64,000 nt of DNA from Candidatus Babeliales bacterium (GTDB lineage Bacteria; Babelota; Babeliae; Babelales; RVW-14), in assembly GCA_041671765.1 (NCBI GenBank), contig JBAZAX010000005.1, forward strand, positions 2,260 through 66,259, given 5' to 3'. Positions 37,598 to 45,869 of this stretch are shown one piece after another. Numbering within the stretch: the stretch's first letter is position 1; every line of letters starts with the position of its first letter. Below the pieces are notes generated by a model. It was not told the DNA's origin and made no database searches. It saw only the letters and a list, made by a program, of their open reading frames with translations. Both the position numbers and the translations under genes were made by a program.

Positions 37598-38791
37598 TTA
37601 CAACACACCTTCCTTGAGACAAGTGCAGTACCACTCATAAACACTTCTAATGCCAAACTCAAGAGTGATATTTGCTTTCCACCCTAATTTTGAAATCTTG
37701 CAAACATCAAGCAGCTTTCTTGGTGTTCCATCTGAACTAGCACAATCAAATTTAATTTCTCCATTAAATCCGACAACATTTTTAATTATCTGTGCAAGCT
37801 CGGAAATTTTTAGGTCCACTCCAACGCCAATGTTAATACACTCACCCAGATCTGAAAAATCATATTTATTCATGAGAAACAGTAGCGCTAAGACTAAATC
37901 ATCCACATGTAAAAATTCACGATAGGCAGCGCCTGTTCCCCATAGATTTAGAGTCGTTGCAGTTATGCCAAACTTTGCAAGTAAAGACTGGATATCTGAA
38001 TCGCTAAAAGCTTCAATATATTTCTTCTGTAACTCGCATCCTTCGACAGGCTCCCAGCCTTCGCTTTGGGTAGCTTCGGCGGACACGGCAGGACGAGCGG
38101 CCGAACCATCCGTCGTAGACTTGGCGTAGACGGACGCGCCAGATTTCAGAAGAGGCAAGCCAAATTTTTTAAAATCAGATCTGATACTTACAAAATCTTT
38201 AATCGCAAGCAACTTGGCCAGATGAAATTTTCTGATCATAGCCGGTAAAACATGCGCCGTTTCAAGATTAAAATTATCATTTGGACCGTAAAGATTTGTA
38301 GGCATCACAGAGATAAAATTTGTTCCATACTGTTCATTAAAATATCTACAAAGTTTAAGTGCAGAAATTTTTGCGATGGCATAAGCTTCGTTAGTTGGTT
38401 CTAGTGAACCGGAAAGTAAATATTCTTCTTTTAACGGCTGAGGGGCATTTTTTGGATAGATGCAGGAAGACCCAAGATTAAGTAATTTTTCAACACCAAA
38501 TTTATGTGAGGCAGAAATAACATTTGCAGAGATCATTAAATTGTCATAAATAAAATCGGCTTTTTGTGCATTGTTTGCCCAAATTCCACCAACTTTTGCT
38601 GCCGCTAGAAAAACATATTCAGGACGATTTTCTTGAAAAAAAGATTCGACTTGCGATTGAGATCTTAAATCAAGATCTTGAATCTCTTTTGTAATAATAT
38701 TTTTATATCCATGGGTTTTCAAGGCTCTTAGAATTGAGGATCCAACCAAACCGGTATGCCCAGCTACATAAATTTTAGAATCAATATGCAT
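37598..38791 (-). CDS. fcl: GDP-L-fucose synthase carrying a GC-rich in-frame insertion
   Basis: IYVAGHTGLVGSS, GSSCIYPK, YAIAK, GTGAAYREFLHVDD. 397 aa, compared with about 320 aa for E. coli-type Fcl. Confidence 0.9.
   Translation of the reverse strand: MHIDSKIYVAGHTGLVGSSILRALKTHGYKNIITKEIQDLDLRSQSQVESFFQENRPEYVFLAAAKVGGIWANNAQKADFIYDNLMISANVISASHKFGVEKLLNLGSSCIYPKNAPQPLKEEYLLSGSLEPTNEAYAIAKISALKLCRYFNEQYGTNFISVMPTNLYGPNDNFNLETAHVLPAMIRKFHLAKLLAIKDFVSIRSDFKKFGLPLLKSGASVYAKSTTDGSAARPAVSAEATQSEGWEPVEGCELQKKYIEAFSDSDIQSLLAKFGITATTLNLWGTGAAYREFLHVDDLVLALLFLMNKYDFSDLGECINIGVGVDLKISELAQIIKNVVGFNGEIKFDCASSDGTPRKLLDVCKISKLGWKANITLEFGIRSVYEWYCTCLKEGVL
38033..38151. repeat. GC-rich mosaic repeat block inside fcl (in frame)
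   Basis: Contains CCCAGCCTTCGC, GGCGGACACGGCAGGAC and, reverse-complemented, GCCAAGTCTACGACGGATGG. These modules are shared with 18971, 12415/44775 and 43366. Encodes SGASVYAKSTTDGSAARPAVSAEATQSEGWEPVEGCE. Confidence 0.8.
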
Positions 38792-38805
38792 TGAAAAATG
38801 CCTTT

Positions 38806-39963
38806 CTAGAGATAAGCTTCTTTCATTCCCTGGTGCCAGGTTACAGTATGAGATGTGTATAAAAAGTTTTTATTTTTACAAATATCAATGCCCTGCCCAA
38901 CTGGTTGAAGGCCGGCGAATTTTAAATCGTAATCAACCATAATTTTTACAAGTTCATCGAAAGTCACTCGTGGTGACCAACATAAAATATCTTTTGCTTT
39001 AGAAATATCTGCTTGAAGGCGTTCGACTTCCGTTGGACGGAAATATCTTGGATCAACTTCGACAATTATATCTCCGGGCTTTAAAATTCCGGACCACATT
39101 GAGCTCAAATTTTTTATAATTCCAATCTCCTCAACACCTGATCCAACCCATTCAAGTTCAACTCCTGCGTAAGCAAACGATTTTTCAACAAATTCACGCA
39201 CTGGCACACTTTTACCTGTACCTATTACAAAATCACCCGGCTTATTTTGTTGCATCATCAACCACATTGCCTCAACATATTCAGGCGCAAAACCCCAATC
39301 ACGCTTGGCATTAAGATTGCCAAGATAAAGTTTGGTTTGCCTCTTGAGAAGCATATTTGCAATCGCCATTGTTATTTTTCTGGTAACAAATGTTTCTCCA
39401 CGTCTTGGGCTCTCGTGATTAAATAAAATTCCATTGCTTGCCGCAATTCTATAAGCTTCGCGATAATTAACAGTTATCCAGTAAGAATAAACTTTAGCGG
39501 CCGCATATGGACTGCGTGGATAAAAAGCTGTCTCTTCACTTTGAGGCGCCGGAGATGCTCCAAACATCTCAGACGAAGAGGCTTGATAAAATTTTGCATC
39601 GCTTTTATATCTGCGAATAGCCTCAAGAACTCTTAAAGTTCCAAGCCCTGTTACATCACCTGTAAATTCAGGCATTTGGAACGAAACTTTTACATGAGAT
39701 TGAGCACCAAGATTATAAATCTCGTCCGGCTGAACTCTACTGACAATATCATTAATCACACTGCTGTCTAAAAGATCGCCGTAGTGTAAAAAAAATCTTG
39801 TGTTTAATTCATGCGGATCAACATATATGTGGTCAATTCGCTGAGTATTAAATGTCGATGATTTACGAATCATACCATGAACTTCATAACCTTTGGAAAG
39901 AAGGAATTCTGCCAAATATGAACCGTCTTGACCTGTTATTCCGGTTATAAGCGCTTTTCTCAT
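38806..39963 (-). CDS. gmd: GDP-mannose 4,6-dehydratase
   Basis: [54 protein letters not shown]. Confidence 0.95.
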   Translation of the reverse strand: MRKALITGITGQDGSYLAEFLLSKGYEVHGMIRKSSTFNTQRIDHIYVDPHELNTRFFLHYGDLLDSSVINDIVSRVQPDEIYNLGAQSHVKVSFQMPEFTGDVTGLGTLRVLEAIRRYKSDAKFYQASSSEMFGASPAPQSEETAFYPRSPYAAAKVYSYWITVNYREAYRIAASNGILFNHESPRRGETFVTRKITMAIANMLLKRQTKLYLGNLNAKRDWGFAPEYVEAMWLMMQQNKPGDFVIGTGKSVPVREFVEKSFAYAGVELEWVGSGVEEIGIIKNLSSMWSGILKPGDIIVEVDPRYFRPTEVERLQADISKAKDILCWSPRVTFDELVKIMVDYDLKFAGLQPVGQGIDICKNKNFLYTSHTVTWHQGMKEAYL

Positions 39964-39984
39964 TTTTATCTCTCTTTTATTTTT

Positions 39985-40068
39985 GCTGTGCCCGCCATAG
40001 CCTTGGCGACGGCTGGGTCATTCTGGGCCCTGTCCTGAACTTGATTCAGGATTGATTCAGGATCTATG
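39985..40068 (-). repeat. hairpin repeat, long form (rearranged)
   Basis: Minus-strand read: CATAGATCCTGAATCAATCCTGAATCAAGTTCAGGACAGGGCCCAGAATGACCCAGCCGTCGCCAAGGCTATGGCGGGCACAGC. Lies between the ABC exporter stop and the gmd ATG. Confidence 0.8.
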
Positions 40069-40078
40069 CCTTTTATAA

Positions 40079-41872
40079 TCAAAGATTACTAGAAGCTAAA
40101 TTCTGCGTCACTTGCCCGGCAATATTATTTCTAACTAACTGAATTTGTCCATCTGAAACTTTGTAAACAATATCGCATTTCTCTATCGTCGTTAAACGAT
40201 GAGCAATAACAATCAAAGTTTTATCTTCATTAACTTTATAAATTTCATTCATTATAAGATCTTCTGTCTTACTATCAAGAGCAGAAGTTGCTTCATCAAG
40301 AACCAACATTTCAGGATCACCGTACAAGGCCCGGGCAATTGCAATTCGTTGTTTCTGCCCTCCACTTAATTTTATTCCGGCCTCCCCAACCATTGTATGT
40401 AAGCCCTCTTGGGCAAATAAAAAATCATAAATATTAGATTTTTCAAGAACATGGATCAATTTTTGCTCATCATATACACGTCCAAATACAACATTTTCTG
40501 CAACTGTACCATCAAACAAATAAATTTGCTGCGGAATATAACCAATTTTAGATCGCCAATCACGTAAATTATCATATGTTAATATTTGACCATCAATTAA
40601 AATTTGGCCATCGCATACCCGCAAAATCCCCATAATCAAATCAGCCAATGTACTTTTGCCAGAACCACTTGGGCCAACAAATGCAACCCTTTGCCCTTTG
40701 TAAATTGTAAGATTTGTTTTATCCAGAATTAATTTGGAATTTTTATTATCCAAGGATCCTGAAACAAGTTCAGGATGACAAACGGGCTCATTGTAATAAA
40801 ACGTTAAATTTTTCAGTTCTATTTTGTTTCCGAAAGAAATACTTTCATTTCCCAAAATTTCGGGTTTTGTCTTAAGATATTCGTACAATTTACCAACGGA
40901 TGCCTTATTAAAAATTATCTGATTGTAGCTAGCTAAAACTTTATTAATGGATGGTAAAAATCGATAAAGCGCAAGTGCATATACGGAAACAATTGGAATA
41001 ATAAAAGCAGGATCGTGATAAACAAAAATTACGTAAATTACCATTAAAACAAGAATTAGAAAGCCTAAAGTTTCTAAAAAAAATCTGGGTAAACTTTGTA
41101 ATATGTTATTAAATACGTTTGCTTTTAAGACTCCATTATTTGATGTCGCGAATCGATTAACAAATGATTCTTTGTTTCCATGTAACTTAATTAATTTGAA
41201 ATTCCAAAACGCCTCTGAAAATACTTTACACATATCTTCCATATTTCTCTGGTTGACTCGTCCAGCATCTGAAAGTTTTTTAGAAAAAATTTTTACAACA
41301 AAAAAAACGATCCCCACTAAAAAAATTGTCAATGAAAACGTCATTTTTAAATTAACCCAAAGAAGCATACTGTAGATACATATGAAAGTTAAAATCTCTG
41401 ACAATAAATTTAAAATCCCAAGACAAACGCTAGCAAGTGCGTTGCAATCACTAAAAAGAGCCTGCGACACATGTGCTGAATTGTTAGCAGTAAAATCGCT
41501 GTAATAAAAACTTAAAAAATCGGAATATACTCTCAACGCAGTTGCTCTACCCTTTCCCACAGCAAAACCACTAGTTGCAAAAATATGAAAAACATTTAAA
41601 ACTGCCCTTAAAATATACAAAATAGCAACGGTAAATCCCAAAAAAAGAATAAATTTACTTGGGCTGGAAAATCCAAAAAATGAATTAAAGTACTTATAAT
41701 ATCGTGTTTGTTCAATAAAATTAAAATTGGTAACGGTTGAGATAAAAAACATCATCGCACTAATGCTGATGCTTTCAAAAATGGAAACTATAAAAGATAA
41801 GATAAATAATAAAACAAAAACCTTTTTGTCTTTTTTTGAAAGCAAACTAAAAACCTGCTTTAAAAAATTCAT
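40079..41872 (-). CDS. fused TMD-NBD ABC exporter (MsbA/PglK-like) with a hairpin-repeat insertion in the NBD
   Basis: Six N-terminal TM helices. Walker A GPSGSGKST, signature LSGGQKQR, Walker B LVLDEATSALD. ATG 41872 is preferred over TTG 41902. Confidence 0.85.
   Translation of the reverse strand: MNFLKQVFSLLSKKDKKVFVLLFILSFIVSIFESISISAMMFFISTVTNFNFIEQTRYYKYFNSFFGFSSPSKFILFLGFTVAILYILRAVLNVFHIFATSGFAVGKGRATALRVYSDFLSFYYSDFTANNSAHVSQALFSDCNALASVCLGILNLLSEILTFICIYSMLLWVNLKMTFSLTIFLVGIVFFVVKIFSKKLSDAGRVNQRNMEDMCKVFSEAFWNFKLIKLHGNKESFVNRFATSNNGVLKANVFNNILQSLPRFFLETLGFLILVLMVIYVIFVYHDPAFIIPIVSVYALALYRFLPSINKVLASYNQIIFNKASVGKLYEYLKTKPEILGNESISFGNKIELKNLTFYYNEPVCHPELVSGSLDNKNSKLILDKTNLTIYKGQRVAFVGPSGSGKSTLADLIMGILRVCDGQILIDGQILTYDNLRDWRSKIGYIPQQIYLFDGTVAENVVFGRVYDEQKLIHVLEKSNIYDFLFAQEGLHTMVGEAGIKLSGGQKQRIAIARALYGDPEMLVLDEATSALDSKTEDLIMNEIYKVNEDKTLIVIAHRLTTIEKCDIVYKVSDGQIQLVRNNIAGQVTQNLASSNL
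40754..40782 (+). repeat. hairpin repeat, short form, inside the ABC exporter CDS (antisense to the gene, in frame)
   Basis: GGATCCTGAAacaagTTCAGGATGACAA. Read on the gene strand it encodes CHPELVSGS. Confidence 0.85.
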
Positions 41873-42007
41873 TATTCTCTTTTCTCTACAATAGTTTGAC
41901 AAACGTCCTTTTGAATGAAAAAATCTGTTGTGTAATCTTATTGAATGCTAACTTATTTAACTAAAATGTAAAGGAAGGAGAGTTCATTCAGAACTCTGAA
42001 TAAGATC

Positions 42008-43138
42008 ATGAACACAGAAAACAAAAAGATTCTGAATCAAGTTTCGGATGATAAAAGTAAAGAATCTAAAAAAATTTTAGTAACGGGTGGAGCAGGATTT
42101 CTTGGAAGCAATTTATGTCGCAAGCTTCTTGAACTTGGCCACCAGGTAATTGCTGTTGATAATTTGAGTACAGGAAGACTTGATAATATTCAAGATTTAA
42201 CACAAATCAAAAATTTTAGTTTTATTAAACATGACATAATTTATCCCATAAATTTTATCCAAAATCAAGCCCGCCGTCCTTCGGGCGATGGTTCGATACG
42301 CGCACTACGTGCGCACTCACCACGAGCGGGGCTATTTAATCCGCTCATCCTGAGTGTTTTGCGAAGCCATGCTGAGCAAAATGTATCGAAGGACATAGAC
42401 TGGATATTTAATTTTGCTTGTCCCGCATCCCCGCCTGCATACCAAAGTGATCCGATTCAAACAATAAAAACAAGCTTTTTGGGAATGTTGAACATGCTTG
42501 AACTTGCCAAAAAAAACAATGCACGAATTATGCAAGCATCAACAAGTGAAGTTTATGGCGATCCGGAGGAACATCCTCAAAAAGAAACTTACTGGGGACA
42601 CGTAAATCCAATTGGAATTAGATCATGTTATGATGAGGGAAAACGTAGCGCTGAGTCACTAATTTTTGATTATCACAGAGCATACAAAACTGATATAAAG
42701 GTTATTAGAATATTCAACACTTACGGGCCGGGAATGGATCCACTGGACGGTCGAGTTGTAAGTAATTTTATAATTCAGGCGTTGAATAATCAGCCAATAA
42801 CAATGTACGGTGACGGCAAACAAACACGATCATTCTGCTATGTTGATGATCTTATAAATGGGATCATAAAAATGATGCAGACAGACTATGGAATTACGGG
42901 ACCTGTTAATTTGGGAAATCCAAAAGAGTTTACATTACTTGAGCTTGCACAAAAAGTTTTAAATTTAACCGGCAGTAAATCTAAAATAGTATTTGAACAA
43001 CTACCTCAGGACGACCCCAAACGCCGTCGCCCGGACATAACTTTGGCAAAGCAATTATTAGACTGGAACCCGGAAATCACACTTGATGTTGGCCTTGAGA
43101 AAACAATTAAATATTTTGCAGGAATAAATGTTAAATAA
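42008..43138 (+). CDS. UDP-glucuronate decarboxylase (UDP-xylose synthase) with a GC-rich in-frame insertion
   Basis: [43 protein letters not shown]. Confidence 0.9.
   Translation: MNTENKKILNQVSDDKSKESKKILVTGGAGFLGSNLCRKLLELGHQVIAVDNLSTGRLDNIQDLTQIKNFSFIKHDIIYPINFIQNQARRPSGDGSIRALRAHSPRAGLFNPLILSVLRSHAEQNVSKDIDWIFNFACPASPPAYQSDPIQTIKTSFLGMLNMLELAKKNNARIMQASTSEVYGDPEEHPQKETYWGHVNPIGIRSCYDEGKRSAESLIFDYHRAYKTDIKVIRIFNTYGPGMDPLDGRVVSNFIIQALNNQPITMYGDGKQTRSFCYVDDLINGIIKMMQTDYGITGPVNLGNPKEFTLLELAQKVLNLTGSKSKIVFEQLPQDDPKRRRPDITLAKQLLDWNPEITLDVGLEKTIKYFAGINVK
42267..42392. repeat. GC-rich block inside the UDP-xylose synthase CDS (in frame)
   Basis: caagcccgccgtccttcgggcgatgg...GCGCACtacGTGCGC...gcTCATCCTGAGtgttttGCGAAGccatgctgagcaaaatgtaTCGAAGGAc. 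Shares the TCATCCTGA and TCGAAGGA motifs with the other blocks. Encodes [41 protein letters not shown]. Confidence 0.7.
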
Positions 43139-43200
43139 CACGAGCTCAAGAATTAAATATTGCTTTATGAAAGCTACTATAACGCATGGAAGTTACTTTA

Positions 43201-43250
43201 CCGTCGCCCCGGCGAAGGCCGGGGTCCAGCCTCAACTCCAATCCCTGCAT
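43201..43250 (+). repeat. GC-rich repeat module C1
   Basis: CCGTCGCCCCGGCgaagGCCGGGGTCCAGCCTCAACTCC. The same flanks as 18923-18955, with the loop inverted and one stem pair changed. Confidence 0.8.
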
Positions 43251-43341
43251 CTATTTTTTGAGAAATTCATCACCGCAAATAACAATCAAACAAAGCCAAA
43301 TCAGATACTCAAAAACTTTTTTATATATCCACAGACTAAAA

Positions 43342-43475
43342 CCTGGATCCCGGCCTTCCGACTTCGCCAAGGCTACGACGGACAAGTCGCCGGGACGACC
43401 CAGGCTACGCATAAAGCTATCAGCCGTCGCCCATGTGGCTATGGCCGACAGGCGCCGGACACGGCCAAGGAGAAT
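43342..43475 (+). repeat. GC-rich repeat modules C2 + core B
   Basis: CCTGGATCCCGGCCTTCCGACTTCGCCAAGGCTACGACGGACAAGTCGCCGGGACGACCCAGGCTACGC...CAGCCGTCGCCcatgtGGCTATGGCCGACAGGCGCCGGACACGGCC. Confidence 0.8.
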
Positions 43476-43534
43476 GCGGTTGGCATTATTACAGTAGGTT
43501 ACGATAACAAATTAAGCAACCTGGAGCGCTTCTC

Positions 43535-44743
43535 ATGAAAGTAGTCGTATCTGCAGGTGGTCGATTTCATGCAATCAATCTTGCTCAGCAGCTAAATAAG
43601 AAACGCTGCCTACAAAAATTATATTCTTTTAGTTTCACCAAATCTGACCAGCCTAAAATAGACAAAAATCATGGCACAGGTATAAGTTTGGTTAAAACAA
43701 TTAACTCGTGTAAATTTTTGGATATGGCATTCCAAAAACTACGACTTGCCCATTTTATTAACCCATCAATTTTTAACTCTTTTAAAGATAATTTATTTGA
43801 TTCTCTGGTTGCGCGTGAAATTAAAAAGCTTGAACACATTGATATTTTTACAGGTTGGGCAAATTATTCTTTAAAATGTCTTGCTCAGGCAAAAAAGGTT
43901 GGCGCTAAAACTATAATCGAGTCCGGGTCATGCCACATCAAAGAACAGCTGATATTACTTTCGCATGAATATGAAAAGTGGGGGGTAAAGTTTAGGCCTA
44001 TTTATCAGCCGGTTATAGATAAGATGGAGCAAGAGTATAACCAAGCAGATTTTATCATGACACTATCGGACTTTTCTTACCAAAGCTTTATCAAACACGG
44101 AATAAATCCCAAAAAAATTTTAAAGACCCCATGTGGAATCGATGTCGATTTTTTTCAAACAGAAGAAACGTTGCCACGTCAAGGCACGAAATTCAGAGTA
44201 ATTTTTGTCGGCATGATAAGTCTGCGCAAGGGCATACCATACTTAATTGAAGCCTGGAATAAGTTAGATCTCCCCAAAAATTCAACAGAATTAGTTTTGG
44301 TTGGAAATATTCAAAAAGATATGTATCAAGTTTTAAAAAAATTAGAGATAAAAAAGAATGTTAATTTTTTTGGATCTTGCAGCAGAGATGATTTAAAAAA
44401 ACTTTATCAAGAATCAGATGTCTTTGTTTTGCCATCTGTTGAAGATGGGTTTGGAATGGTGATAGGCGAAGCAATGGCATGCGAATTGCCTGTAATTTGT
44501 TCAAAAAATACCGGCGCAAATGATATTATTCAAGACGGTAAACATGGATTTTTGGTGCAAGCACAAAACACTGAAGCTCTGGCTGAGAAAATTTTATGGT
44601 GCTACCAAAATCCGGAACCAAGCAAAGAGATGGGAAATTTGGGTAAAAATAAAATTCTTGATTTTAGCTGGGATAATTACGGAAATAATGTTTTTGAGAT
44701 TTATCAAAATATTATGCGGGGCAGTACAAATTATAGATCCTGA
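43535..44743 (+). CDS. family 4 glycosyltransferase
   Basis: VFVLPSVEDGFGMVIGEAMACELPVICS (EX7E region). The stop codon lies inside a repeat arm. Confidence 0.85.
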   Translation: MKVVVSAGGRFHAINLAQQLNKKRCLQKLYSFSFTKSDQPKIDKNHGTGISLVKTINSCKFLDMAFQKLRLAHFINPSIFNSFKDNLFDSLVAREIKKLEHIDIFTGWANYSLKCLAQAKKVGAKTIIESGSCHIKEQLILLSHEYEKWGVKFRPIYQPVIDKMEQEYNQADFIMTLSDFSYQSFIKHGINPKKILKTPCGIDVDFFQTEETLPRQGTKFRVIFVGMISLRKGIPYLIEAWNKLDLPKNSTELVLVGNIQKDMYQVLKKLEIKKNVNFFGSCSRDDLKKLYQESDVFVLPSVEDGFGMVIGEAMACELPVICSKNTGANDIIQDGKHGFLVQAQNTEALAEKILWCYQNPEPSKEMGNLGKNKILDFSWDNYGNNVFEIYQNIMRGSTNYRS

Positions 44744-44792
44744 ATCAAGTTCCAGCCGTCGCTGAAGCTATGGCTGACACGCAGGATGACAA
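44732..44792 (+). repeat. hairpin repeat, long form with GC-rich core
   Basis: tatAGATCCTGAATCAAGTTCCAGCCGTCGCtgaaGCTATGGCTGACACGCAGGATGACAA. The left arm holds the TGA of the GT4 gene; the right arm holds the ATG at 44786. Confidence 0.85.
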
Positions 44793-45850
44793 AAGGGCAA
44801 TTTGTGAACGTAAAAAAAATCTTACTTGTCGGAAACTTTAATAACAATCCTAAAATTTACACATACGCCTCATCATTTTATAAAGCCATGCATTGCAATG
44901 CGATGCAAAACTTGGGATTAACTGTAGAAAAATTTAATTATAAAAATTCAAAATTTAACACCCCAATACTTAAAAATATTATTGGCGTACGATTAATAAA
45001 CTATTCTTTATTAAGAACAGTAAAAACTTTTAAGCCTGATCTGATTTTTATGCTTAAGGCCGACAACATTACAGCTAAAACTCTAAATAATATAAAAACT
45101 AATAATAAAAATATAAAAATAATTAATTTTTATCCTGATAACCCATTTACATTCTGGAACGGAAATTCCAACGCAAATATACTACTCTCTCTGCCTGTTT
45201 ATGACTTATTCTTAATATGGTCACATCAGCTAATACCTATACTTTATTCGTCCGGAGCAAAAAATGTACGCTACTTCCCATTTGGCTTTGACGAAAGCAT
45301 ATTTTCACAAGAAATACAGCTTTCAGAAAACGATCATACCAAATATCAATCAGACATATGTTTTGTGGGAAGTTGGGATGCAGAACGTGAAGCCTGGTTA
45401 ACAAAGCTTATGCACAAAATACCCGCTCTAAATCTGGCCATTTGGGGAAACAGGTGGAATGAAAATTTACCACAAAACTCGATATTAAAAACATATTTGA
45501 AAGGTTGTGCAATTTATGGTATCGATATGATGAAAGCTTTTCGACTTTCAAAGATAGTCCTAAATTTCATCAGAAAGCAGAACTTGGATGCTCACAATAT
45601 GCGTACAATCGAAGTTGCAGCATGCAAGTCTTTTTTGCTGACCGAAAGAACAAAGGACCAAGCCGAACTACTTTTTAAGGAAGGCGTAAGTATAGAATGT
45701 TTTAAAGACATTGATGATCTGACAAGCAAAATAAATTTTTACTTATCAAATCATAATGCCCGAGCCACAATTACTCAAAATGGGTATGAAGAAGCTCAAA
45801 AATATTCGATTGAAAATTTGCTTTTAGAAACTTTTAAAAAATTTATTTGA
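44786..45850 (+). CDS. CgeB-family glycosyltransferase-like protein
   Basis: 354 aa. The C-terminal NMRTIEVAACKSFLLTE block is typical of the CgeB/DUF3880 family. The start is either the ATG inside the repeat arm (44786) or GTG 44804, which follows AAGGG. Confidence 0.65.
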   Translation: MTKGQFVNVKKILLVGNFNNNPKIYTYASSFYKAMHCNAMQNLGLTVEKFNYKNSKFNTPILKNIIGVRLINYSLLRTVKTFKPDLIFMLKADNITAKTLNNIKTNNKNIKIINFYPDNPFTFWNGNSNANILLSLPVYDLFLIWSHQLIPILYSSGAKNVRYFPFGFDESIFSQEIQLSENDHTKYQSDICFVGSWDAEREAWLTKLMHKIPALNLAIWGNRWNENLPQNSILKTYLKGCAIYGIDMMKAFRLSKIVLNFIRKQNLDAHNMRTIEVAACKSFLLTERTKDQAELLFKEGVSIECFKDIDDLTSKINFYLSNHNARATITQNGYEEAQKYSIENLLLETFKKFI

Positions 45851-45869
45851 AATTAAGTTTTACAAATTT

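Noticed and set aside
38033-38151. In-frame GC-rich inserts (fcl, UXS, ABC, MEMO) as inteins or introns
   Set aside because: At 9-42 residues they are far too short for inteins, and they lack the intein splice-junction residues and blocks. No group I or group II intron features are present. They share sequence with intergenic repeats, so absorbed repeats is the simpler explanation.
43128-43538. ORFs 43128-43538 (136 aa) and 43186-43497 (103 aa) between the UDP-xylose synthase and GT4 genes
   Set aside because: Both are read across the GC-rich repeat modules, which accounts for their Arg/Pro/Ala/Gly-rich low-complexity translations. They overlap each other in different frames, have no convincing RBS, and no motif. 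I treat them as translation artefacts of the repeats.
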